Shown piece by piece: positions 12,501 through 22,850 of a stretch of 64,000 nucleotides of DNA. The translations under genes and the position numbers were made by a program. The notes under the pieces were generated by a model, which saw nothing but the letters and a program-made list of their open reading frames with translations, was not told the DNA's origin and did no database searches. The number at the start of each line of letters is the position of its first letter. Positions within the stretch are counted from its first letter, which is position 1. The stretch is from Marsupella aquatica (Eukaryota > Plantae > Marchantiophyta), in the NCBI GenBank assembly GCA_973895155.1, contig OZ316891.1:32189208-32253207 (forward strand), written 5' to 3'.

Positions 12501-13349
12501 CATCACTTGAGGGACAGTGATCGTTCCCGTGGCAACCATTTTGGTTCGATCCAAACCAGTGTAGAGTTCAACCAACTCTGACATCCAGTTTGCCCGATGA
12601 AAATAGTCACACTTAGTGTCTGTGGTGTTTGCCGAACAAGACTGTGAAACAAAATCCGCCTTGTCCTTCTGCTTCTTAGAGGAAGATTTGTTGCTCCCAT
12701 CGATATCAACATTCCATACTTTATTGTGGACGTCAGCCACATCCCATAGAACCCAGGAGCCCTTTGCCTCTTCAATTGTTGCAGCTCCACCATGTGCGTA
12801 AGGTAAAGTCTTACTACCATGAATCACATCTGTGATTTTTACACTAACCCGAGACTCACCGAGTAATATGTTATGACATCTCTCCATTGGATCAGTGTTG
12901 AAAACAACTCCAAAGGCCACACAATGGCCAGAGATAAACATTTCAACCTCATCACCTGGCCTTAGGGTGGTCGAAGCATCCTCCTGTACATTTGCAGAAT
13001 TATGGATGTTGTTATCTTTTCGAGTCGAACAACTACCAATACTGATGCGTTTTTGAGTAATCTTATCCGCAGATCGATATGCACATGACATATCCCAAAT
13101 GACACATGAGTCAATGGCATCATGAAGATTTTCCGCCCTAGGCATTGGAAAAGGGAGCTTCCTGGTCTCACCAAAGGCCTTCTCAATGAGAACCCCAATT
13201 CGATTCTCTCCCAGCACAATATTTTGAACACTCTCTTGCGGATCTGTCTTTTGAACTGTCCCATTTCCAACGTCGTAACCATCCATTGTCAAGGTCACAT
13301 CATCGCCCCTAGAAAACCTTTGAGACATCCTTTTCCTATTATCCTGCAC
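9566..13349 (-). CDS. Transposase, Sola-like / DUF7869-type DDD, with one probable frameshift near 10100
   Basis: 1086-aa ORF with IIHDKMDQ, LQMDNSAKDNKN and FLMVGHTHEDVDALFS catalytic-type motifs and Cys motifs (CCKQKC, VCRHAF, CTLC). First ATG at 13328. ORF 9566-10144 overlaps in another frame and looks like the C-terminus. Confidence 0.85.
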
Positions 13350-13394
13350 ACTGAAAAAAATGGATTACAACCAAAGTCATGCAAATTTTGATTC

Positions 13395-14155
13395 AGACTG
13401 CGATCCTCAAAGTCTGGATTTGGACTACGATCCTTCAATTCTGGATTTGGACCGGGACCATCCGAGTCCGGATTTGGACTACGATCCTCTGATTCTGGAT
13501 TTGGACTAGGACCATCCGAGTCCGGATTTTGACCGGGACCATCCAAGTCCGGATTTGGACTGCAATCCTCTGAGTCTAGATTTGGACTACGATTCTCCGA
13601 TTATGGATTTGGATTGGGACCATCCGAGTCCGGATTTGGACTGGAATCCTCCGAGTCTAGATTTGGAGTACGATCCTCCGATTCTGGATTTGGACTGGGA
13701 CCATCCCAGTCCAAAGTTGGACTAGGACCATCCCAATCCAAACTTGGACTCGGACCATCCCAATCCAAACTAGGACTTGGACCATCCAAGTCCAAACTTG
13801 GACTCGGACCATCCCAATCCAAAGTTGGACTCGGACCATCCTAATCCAAACTTGGACTCGGACCATCCCAATCCAAACTAGGACTTGGACCATCCAAGTC
13901 CAAACTTGGACTCGGACCATCCCAATCCAAAGTTGGACTTGAACCATCCTAATCCAAACTTGGACTCGGACCATCCCAATCCAAACTAGGACTTGGACCA
14001 TCCAAGTCCAAACTTGGACTCGGACCATCCCAATCCAAACTAGGACTTGGACCATCCAAGTTTAAACTTGGACTCGGACCATCCCAATCCAAAGTTGGAC
14101 TCGGATGATCCTAGTCCACATCTGAATCCAAACTTGGACTAGGACCATCCTAGAC
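13395..14155. repeat. 27-bp tandem hairpin-unit array upstream of the transposase
   Basis: Unit ~TTGGACTCGGACCATCCCAATCCAAAC. Gives 9-aa-period shadow ORFs (DWDGPSPSL). Confidence 0.92.
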
Positions 14156-14839
14156 CAACCCATAATGTAACGGGAGATAAACTTCAAACATTTTAAGCTA
14201 AGAAAATTCCAAATTTAGGAAGACTCCGTATTTTACGGATCTCCCTATATGGTGTAGCCTAAAGTTTGCGTGGTCTTAAGGTAGACCCTAATGTCTACAT
14301 ACAGTTTCATGAAATAATGAAACCTAGCCTTATATTTGAATGCGTTAACCTTATACTCACCTTAGTATTAAGATCTGGTAGAATATGAATATCACATCCA
14401 AGGGGGATACATTGTTGTCTGTAGATTGGTAAAAACTTTCCCAGAACCCTGAAATACAAGCTATATGCCACTAAATCTTGGGAGTAAAAAACAAACTGAA
14501 CCCTAAACCACACATGTCTATAAAAGATAAACTGAGAGGACCCCAAAAGTCAAGAAGCTGGCTAAGCTGACCCATTGAAGGTAAGTGGCTCAATACATAA
14601 CACTTTAAGAGAAACTCCGGATTACATGGAGCTTAGATTTGGGAAACTAGAACAAGAATGAGCTCCGAAGTGGGCGTCTCCCGAAATATACCCTTTGCTC
14701 GAGTCGGCTCAAACGGAAATCGCGTGAAGATAAGGGTTGAGTACCCCTTCACCTTAGCTTGCAGCACACCTTATCTTCACGAGCCTAATTGCGCGGGGAC
14801 TACCGTGCAAGGCTGTTAGGTAGGCAGGACATCAAGGAA

Positions 14840-15220
14840 GGAGGCCCGTATGCAGGGTGCGGGCAACGGGCCGTACGCAGGAGCAAGCCGTACGCACTAT
14901 CAGGCCGTACGTAGGAGAAGGAGGCAACCGGCCGTACGCAGGCCGGGGTGAGGCAGGAGGGGGTAAAGGGACGGAGAGGTCCAGCCAGGACCTCATTCTC
15001 ATTCTCACTCTTTCGCTCCTCACTCTGCTCACGCTCTCCACTCTCCGCCTCCGCTCTCTGCTCTTTGCCTTCACTCGCTCGCTCTCCTCGCTCTTTGCTC
15101 TCCGCTCTCTCTCCGCCTCCCCGCCTCTGCCTGCTTCCGCCTCCACCTCCATTCTTTTTCATTGCCCTAAATCGGACGCCTGCTAAGAAGCCACGTGTCA
15201 CTCTGCCACGTGTCAGAAAG
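14840..15220. promoter_or_regulatory. Putative bidirectional promoter between transposase and cargo gene
   Basis: GC-rich island with ~5 GCCGTACG-type repeats (14845-14942), a CT-rich tract (~14990-15155), and two GCCACGTGTCA G-box/ABRE-like motifs (15190-15215) just before ATG 15221. Confidence 0.5.
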
Positions 15221-18200
15221 ATGGAAGCGAATCGCGTCCTTGTGAAGTCCTCCGTGGAAGCAACAGAGGAGTTTGACCTCTCCTCTATGAGCGACAGTGT
15301 AGAACTGGCACTTGAAGACTCCAAACAATTTCAATCAAGAATCCCTAGTAAGTATCCATCACCTATCCTCCCTAAGTCTTAGAGGACTGGGACCATCCGA
15401 GTCCAAAGTTGGACTCGGATGATCCCAATCCAAACTTGGACTCGGACCATCCCAATCCGAACTTGGACTCAGATGATCCTAATCCAAACATGGACTCGGA
15501 TGATCCCAATCCAAAGTTGGACTCGGATGATCCCAGTCCAAAGTTGGACTCGGATGATCCCAATCCAAAGTTGGACTCGGACCATCCCAATCCGAACTTG
15601 GACTCAGATGATCCTAATTCAAACGTGGACTCGGATGATCCCAATCCAAACTTGGACTCGGATGATCCTAATCCATCCAGGAGATTGAATCTCGATTGTA
15701 GGAGCAAGACTAAAACCATCTCAAGTTGGACTAGGACCATCCTAATCCAACAAGAGTTATTCAAATGTTTTAAACTTAATAAGTCTAACATGGATGATGT
15801 TTTTATGATGCAGGGAGCGATCTTGTTGGTTTCAAACCCGCGATTGCACCGACCGACTGCCGGGACGGATTCTTACTAGATGAGAGATCCCCAGGCTTCC
15901 GATGGGGGCTTGAGTTCTCAAGAACCCTGCTTAATAATGAAGTGCCATCAAGCACGATTGAACCTGTTTTGACCTTAAAGTGCAGAGCAAATGATAGCCT
16001 GACTTTGGTTTGCGGACCTGTGGTCTCTGTTGGCATTGGAGGGAGAGGGATGAATTCGGTCATTCTGGAGATGCACGATAGGTCATGCTGGGTTAAAGTT
16101 AACCTTATGTCAAAGGCATACTCCTCAGAATTCAATGTCGAATGGCACGCAAGTGGTGAATTGAGCGTTTTGTCAATGGGATTTTTTCCAAAGACATATG
16201 ACACAAAGAAGTTGGTCATCGGGGTAACTGGTATGCTTCCAGTCGACATTATGTATGGGTTTCAATATTTGAAACTCAACATGATGAAGCACCAAGGCAA
16301 TTTCTCTTTTGCAACTACTTGGACGTTAAGCAATTTACTTGAGAAAGTTGGATTGTTATCGTTGGAGTCAGAGGAGCCTGGTGTTTTAATTGATAAGGAT
16401 GTTGCATTTGATCCCAACTTTGATTTAGTCAAAGCAAAGCAATGGATAGAATCTTTGTCAAAGATGAGAAACCTTCCAACGGTGAATACAAACCCTGTGC
16501 CCGAGAAGGCGCCAGAGAAAGCTCCAGAACCTACAACAGAGACCGCGGGAACTACAGCAGCAACCTCTCAAAGAGCAGTGGGAAAACAAAAACAAAGCCA
16601 AAGGAAACCTCCGGTTGAAAAGAAACTTCCAGTTGAGAAGCTGGTTGAGAAGCCGAGTACGAGAAGCCGAGTTCAGAAGCCAGTTGAGAAGCCGAGTACG
16701 AGAAGCCAAGTTGAGAAGCCAGTTGAGAAGAAACGTCCGGTTGAGAAGCCAAGTGCAAGTGAAAAGAGGCCAAGACAAAAGAAGAAACAGAAAATTGACA
16801 GTGTCATCATGGATGACACTATAGAAAACCTGACAGTGCATTCACAAGATATGGACGAGCAGTTGGACGCTCCTGAGGAGAAGAAGGTCTTAGAAGGTAA
16901 TGAGGTACTACAACAAATGGAGCAATATTATACGTTTGGGATCAATTCGATATTTTCTATTCCCGTAGAGAGTATTTTCCCTGCGTCGGCAAGACTCTGT
17001 TACAGAATGTTGAATGCAGACCATGTAAAGGAGGTGGCCAATTCCATGATAAGAAATCCGGGGCATGAACCACACATAGCAGACTTGATTCCTTACACTA
17101 CAAAACATAGAAACCTAATGCAATATGACAACACGGAATCAGATAGGAGGGACTTTGTAGCAGCCGTGAAAAAGGGGGAGGTTCAATTCCTTGCCATTAG
17201 CGGTCAACATTCAGCCAGAGCAGCCAGATGGATTCGAGAATGGGCAAACAAGGATGCCAAGCTAACAGCATTGGCAAAAAAGCTGGAATTTCGAAAGTCA
17301 AGAATATTATCTCATCGAACACCATCATCAATATTAGTTGAGCATTCAATGCGATCTAATGCTATCAATAGCACGATGGTGTTTCAGTCATGCTTCAAAG
17401 ATACAGTCGTTCATGCTAGGCGGCAATTTGTGGAATGTGGAAAACCTAGCCGGCCAAAACATGGGGACAACAAAACAAACGCTCAAGACAATCAAAAATT
17501 TCAGGTATGAAGTGTTACTGCTTGATTGGTACAATACCGTAGACTCTCCATGTGTGATTACAATTGAGATGGTAGTCTTTGACCACAAAGCTTCAAGTTT
17601 GCTTTGGATTGAGATGGTCCGAGTCCAAATGGATACATTCACATTCAGTAGAATATTTCCACTGATATCGTCTAGTTTTGTGTTGGACTGGGATGGTCCC
17701 AGTCCAAATGGATTCATGCACATTCAATAGACTATTTCCACTGATATTGTCTAGTTTTGTGTTGGACTGGGATGGTCCCAGTCCAAATGGATTCATGCAC
17801 ATTCAGTAGAATATTTCTCCACTGATACCGTCTAGTTTTGTTTTGGATTGGGATGGTCCTAGTCCAAACTAAATCATGCACATTCAATATAATATTTCCA
17901 CTGATACTGTCTACTTCTGTGTTGGACTGGGATGGTCTCACTCCGCACCTGAGTGCTTTCAAACAATTGAGTTATGGAGAACTAACAGACTTTCCTTTGC
18001 AATTGTAGGATTGGTTGGCTCTTGCAAGAATGACCATGGGAAGGAAAGATTGGCGTAATGTCTACTGGTTACTGTTTGCCGACAATGCTCTTTTTGATTT
18101 ATGGAGTTTGGTATGCCAATTGTGGTTGGATGGGAAACTTCCCGATGGAGCTGGTGTAGAAGGAAATGAGAAGTCTGAAAAAGCAATTACTGTTGCCATG

Positions 18201-20381
18201 TTTCGTTGTTTTGATGGTGAGTTGATCTCACAACGAGACATCACAAGAATACTGACGCGGGTGAAGTCAGGAAAGGTATTGCTAAAGAAAGATGCCTCTA
18301 ATAAATCAGACATGCCATCTATAGAGGAGTTGGCCAAAGATGTGAAGATCGTGCGGAAACTCAAGTCCCTTATTGAAGACTACTATTGCACCAAGGATGC
18401 GGTGAATTTCCCGACAAATACTAATTGGGGGAAAGTAGTTGAGGTTCTTCCTACGCTAGCAATTGATTCAGAGTTCAACAGGTGTCGAAGAGCCGCTGGC
18501 GAGGTCTATCTTGCCAACCTTTTAAAGCCAAATCATACGCGGGAGAGCGCAATCTTGCCGACGGCATTGGTATTCCGCCTAGATGATATATACTGCCAGA
18601 GATTTGGCGGAGGATCACGTTCTCGGACCCTACCATGGGTTACATTTTTTAGCGACAATCTCATGAAGACCATTGATCCAGAGTCATTGCAAGAAGCTCC
18701 TCCGACCTGCCCTCTTGCCATTGTTGATTTTAGCCGGCTTCCACAAAAACAGTGGACTGAAGCAGAGATTCTTGTTCTCTTTGAATACATTGTGGAGCTT
18801 CCACAAAATCCCACGATTGTGGTGACGATAACAGTTCATCCTGGACAACTTGCACTGAATGTCCATGGTGCCCTTCGTAAATTGGGACAAGAGAAAGCTT
18901 TGACCATTCACATTGAGTATGGGAGTTATTCACGAGATGATCAACCGCACCCTCATGACTCATGTTGGGGTGGAGGGATTGAAGAAGTTATCTTTGCAGG
19001 GATTTCTCGAGATGAAGACGTCAATTGGAATGAAGTTTTCAAGCCCAACTATCCAAAGCCAAAATTCTTGTATACTTCAAAGGATGTTGATTATGAAGTA
19101 TGCAAGATCGACAAGGGAAAGGGGAAAGCTAAGGAATCAGATGAGGGGACACAAAACGACGACCTAAAAGTGGTTTTGGACCCGGAAGAGGCCGTCAAGA
19201 TTATGAATATGGCCCCTCGATTTGAGACAGTTGGTAGTCGCGGAGGATGGGTTAATCCTCATGCCAAACCCACGCGGATGATCCGAAGGATTATTGAATC
19301 CTTATCAGAACCGGGAGATTTGGTTCTAGATTTTTTCTCCGGTGGCCAAGTCATGAAGACATCATTTTTTTGCGATAGGGAATGCTTTGTTTATTGTGAC
19401 TCTCAGTCCGAGAGGCATTTTGTGGAAGCTTTTGCTTCCTACCTTTGCGAGAGAGTTCCCTCACTTAAAGCCCATTGTGAATCACTTGCTGAAAATTCTT
19501 GACAATGGGCTACCACTATTGCGGCTGTAGCTGTCGCTGTTGAATCCGACGGTTCTGAGTCTGAAGATGTTGCTGACAAAGTGGCTAAAGGCGTAGAGGC
19601 ATCAGACGAGGCATATGTCAAAAATTTGGATGACCGTGTTGGTCAAGGTGAGCCTTACGATGTAGATGATGATATTGGACTTGCACCAAACCGTTCATCT
19701 GGTTTAGATGACATCCCTCCGGGGCCCCATGAAGTTCAAGTTGATGATAACTTGGACAAGGATGATCCCAATCCAACAACGCCGGGAGGACAGATGGAGC
19801 AACTGGAAGGAGCAAGGGTTGATATGTTTGATCATCTTTCTTCAACCAATCTGATCAACGAAGGCGCAACGAGGCTTGGAGATTCAAATGAAGCTGAAAC
19901 TAACGAATTGACTCGTGGGGAAGCCGGCGGATTGCCTGACATTCCCATCAATCCAGGAGGAAATGCATCAACGGCTGCTGACAACCAGGCAGGTGCTTCA
20001 ACTTGTCCTGACACACTCTTTTCAGCTTCTGATGACAAATTGGTGTTCGTTCGTTCACACTCGAGGAGTCCTGTTGTCCTTCCGTTCTCAAAAAAGAAAG
20101 GGAATAGAGTTGGATCAACTGGATGGAGGTCATTGGAACGCGACGCACGATGTTACGTGTGGAAAAGTGGGCCAAATCGAGGCCAAGAAATATCATTGGA
20201 AGCTGCTCCTTCAATTCTCAATAAGGAGGAGTATAAGAGGGGAGAATTGGGGTTCATAACTCCTGTTTGGACTTCTCCTTATTGGGTAGAACAAAGTACT
20301 TCAGATGTCAATTTTGAAATCCAACAGGAGCTTGGTGCTGACATGATTATTGATGAATACGGATCTCTTATTTCGGAATGA
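15221..20381 (+). CDS. Spliced cargo gene with ParB/Srx-like and DNA N6A/N4C methyltransferase-like domains (~1396 codons, one internal TGA at 19500)
   Basis: Exons 15221-15347, 15814-17504 and 18009-20381 join in frame via GTAAGT..CTAAC..CAG (phase 1) and GTATGA..CTAAC..TAG (phase 0). Motifs LNADHVKEVANSM...FLAISGQHS and NPHAKPTRMIRRIIESLSEPGDLVLDFFSGG. ORF 19581-20381 is in frame beyond the TGA. Confidence 0.75.
15383..15750. repeat. 27-bp tandem array inside predicted intron 1 (15348-15813)
   Basis: Unit ~TTGGACTCGGATGATCCCAATCCAAAC, same family as 13395-14155. Confidence 0.9.
17600..17942. repeat. ~80-bp tandem array inside predicted intron 2 (17505-18008)
   Basis: About four units, each containing TTGGACTGGGATGGTCCCAGTCCAA, the reverse complement of the 27-bp motif. 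Confidence 0.88.
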
Positions 20382-20523
20382 AATTCAGCCTTTGACTTTC
20401 TATTTATTCATATCAATCTAAAATACTTCTCGGTCTCACAGAATGGGCTCACCAATTAAAGTCTCCATATCCGTCTACACATTGTGAGGCTTCTAAAAAC
20501 GGTATGTAGGTTAATTTTCGTTT

Positions 20524-21657
20524 TTGTCAGCCATTGTGTTGTATTTTTGGACTGAGACAATCCTAATCCAAAGTTCACTTTTGGTCTTTTCTCTGAGAAT
20601 GGTGTTTGGTGCACTTGCAGAATCGAGACCTGGTCCCGTCAAGCGGAAGTTGCTGATTTTGGACCTTAATAAAATACTTTGGGATTCTATTGAATTCCAA
20701 AACAAGGGCACATCCAGGAATATTGTCACCTCAAGTGGAGTGCATTGGGATAGAAAAAATGGTATTAGTCGCATGTATACAGAACGACCAGGGCTCCATG
20801 AGTTTCTAAAGTTGGTTTTTGACAGATTTGATGTTGCAATTTGGACTTGTGCTGGGGTAGAACGAACAGTGAAAATGCTGAACATGATGTTCACTGTTGA
20901 GGAGCGGTTGAAACTTAAGTTTGTATTCACACAGGTGGAAGCCTTTGACACAGGCATTCAAAGGCGTGACATTACAAACGGAAAGGCAAATGTGCTACTG
21001 AAGGATTTTCAGGTGGTATGGAATGCATTTGGAAATCTATATGATGAAACCAACACCCTCCTTGTGGATGACTCCCCCCTTAAGGCATTTGCCAACCCAG
21101 ACATGACCGGATTATTTCCAGTGCCCTACACGCATGCCAATCGTGGAGATAATTTTCTTCTAGCAATTCTTTGGCCATGTCTTGAGAAACTATCACATGC
21201 AAGTGACATTCGATGCTATCTTCTTCTCAACTCTCCAAAGTGGTCTCTTTTGCACATGAAGAGAGACAAGGCAAAAAATGAGATTACTTATGATCAACTT
21301 AGCAAGAGATTTGCAGCAAAAATTTGGAAGTCACAGTTTACACATAGTGTGTTGGACCTCAACAGTAATGAGATCCCTTGGAATGTAAAGCACCGTATAT
21401 GTAGTTTATGTCCTGAGGTGGAACTTGACAATGCACTTGTCAACTCACTTGCTAAATCATTTTTAGGAAAGGACTATTCAGGTCCATATAGAGAAAATCC
21501 CAGACACTTTTTGCGGGAGATTATAGCCATTAGGAACAACACCACCAGATTTCAACTCCCTGAAAATAAAGTGAGTTGCAACCGTGACAATAGGGTAGAT
21601 AGGAAAGGAGACAGGGGCACATGCTCAAATACACATTGTAGGGAGCACTTGGTTTAG
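20524..21657 (+). CDS. FCP1/NIF-like HAD-family phosphatase domain protein (probable true exon start 20621)
   Basis: KLLILDLNKILW, RPGLHEFLKLVFDRFDVAIWT, LLKDF and NTLLVDDSPLK match the NIF/FCP1 pattern, with DLN in place of DxD. Cys/His-rich tail. Confidence 0.85.
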   Translation: MSAIVLYFWTETILIQSSLLVFSLRMVFGALAESRPGPVKRKLLILDLNKILWDSIEFQNKGTSRNIVTSSGVHWDRKNGISRMYTERPGLHEFLKLVFDRFDVAIWTCAGVERTVKMLNMMFTVEERLKLKFVFTQVEAFDTGIQRRDITNGKANVLLKDFQVVWNAFGNLYDETNTLLVDDSPLKAFANPDMTGLFPVPYTHANRGDNFLLAILWPCLEKLSHASDIRCYLLLNSPKWSLLHMKRDKAKNEITYDQLSKRFAAKIWKSQFTHSVLDLNSNEIPWNVKHRICSLCPEVELDNALVNSLAKSFLGKDYSGPYRENPRHFLREIIAIRNNTTRFQLPENKVSCNRDNRVDRKGDRGTCSNTHCREHLV

Positions 21658-21899
21658 ATATTTAATTGACTTGTGTTAAGCCCCTTGGATAGTACTAGAA
21701 ACATGTTCGTATTCAATGTAAATTTGCAGATAATTGTATAAAGATATTTTATAATCTATTTGGAATGATGTTATTTTGTTCACAGAATATCTGGTCCTTA
21801 AATGGGGATGAAATAACTTTATAAATTTTTATCCTCCATTTCTATGTGAGTTATTAAATAATATAATATGTATTATTTATTAATATAATATTAATGTGA

Positions 21900-22039
21900 T
21901 TTGGCCTATAAAGTGTACATTTAGAGACACAAAAGTGTACATTTGGGTGTCTTGAAGTGTACATTTGGGGACATGAAAGTGTACATTTCAAGACTCATTT
22001 GTGAACAAAAGAAAATACACTTTTAATGAATAGGTTGAT
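21900..22039. repeat. Right subterminal AAGTGTACATTT copies plus right TIR
   Basis: Four motif copies at ~21910-21988; TIR 22014-22039. Confidence 0.9.
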
Positions 22040-22850
22040 TACGGGAGATGTGTGGGGAACTTGCGCTCAGCATCTTTGAGGAGGAGTTGGAGCAGGGACC
22101 CTTTTTCCAGAGGGAGATGTTGGAGAAGCGCCGATCAGAAGAAGCGGTGGCTTTGGAAAGAAGCAAGAAGGACGAGGTCATTTGTCGGCTTAGGGCAAGG
22201 GAAGCCAAGGTAGAAGACCTGAAGGCGGCCAAGAAAACCCAAGATGAACTGCGGATTAAGCGGCATGAGCTAAACATCATGCAGGGGCAATTGGATACCG
22301 CACAGTCTGATAATTGGATTATCGAGAATAAACTGACTCGGACCCAAGGAGAGTTGGCCGAAGCAATCAAGGAGAGGGAGAAGTGGAAGCGAGAGCTAAG
22401 GGACGCAAAGGAGGCCCACATAGCAGCCAACAACTGGGCCATGGCGGAGACCCAGAGAAGGGAGAGGGCGTTGAAGGGGGAGCTCAAGGATATCCTTGAG
22501 CAGAAGGAGGCCGAGTTAGGGAAATCCTATCAGACGATTATTATGCTGCAACAGGAGCTTGCATCCCTGACGGCCAGCTTCAAGGCTGACCTCCGTGAGA
22601 AAGATGACCAGCTCGACTTGACTTATGCCAAGATGAATAAAATGGAGTCTGAGGTCGTAACGGAGCTCAACAAGGAGCTAAGAGCAACCCAGGAGGAGAG
22701 GGCTACCTTAAAGAAGGAGTTGGAGGCAGCCCACAAGGAATTGGAGGAAGCCCAGAAGGAGCTGGAAGAGGCGCGCAAGGACCTGGACGAAGTGCAGGAG
22801 GAGTTGGAGGAAAGCACGTGGAAGATGGAGAACTTACAGCGGCGAGCCAA
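22040..22850 (+). repeat. 3' LTR of gypsy A, continuation (coiled-coil part of the LTR ORF)
   Basis: MCGELALSIFEEELEQGPFF...MENLQRRA matches ORF 30305-33991. Cut at 22850 by the family C LTR. Confidence 0.9.

Larger units (their letters stand above)
8951..22039. mobile_element. 13.1-kb TIR DNA transposon (Sola-like DDD transposase) with cargo genes
   Basis: TIRs ATCAGCCTATTCATTAAAAGTGTATT / AATACACTTTTAATGAATAGGTTGAT (26 bp, 1 mismatch). TSD TACG at 8947-8950 and 22040-22043. Splits the LTR ORF sequence RAMEY|GEMCGEL. Confidence 0.93.

Noticed and set aside
13395-15750. CRISPR-like arrays of palindromic ~27-bp repeats
   Set aside because: Units are head-to-tail with no unique spacers, there are no cas genes, and the context is eukaryotic.
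13295-15879. ORFs with DWDGPSPSL / DSDDPNPNL / LGSSESKFG repeats
   Set aside because: Translation artefacts of 27-bp arrays, open in several frames and on both strands.
15221-21657. Bacterial contaminant or restriction-modification operon
   Set aside because: Spliceosomal-type introns, and enclosure within TIRs/TSD inside a plant LTR.
8951-22039. Classification as CACTA, Mutator or hAT
   Set aside because: Termini are ATCA..TGAT and the TSD is 4 bp, not 3, 8 or 9-11 bp. The catalytic motifs do not match those superfamilies.
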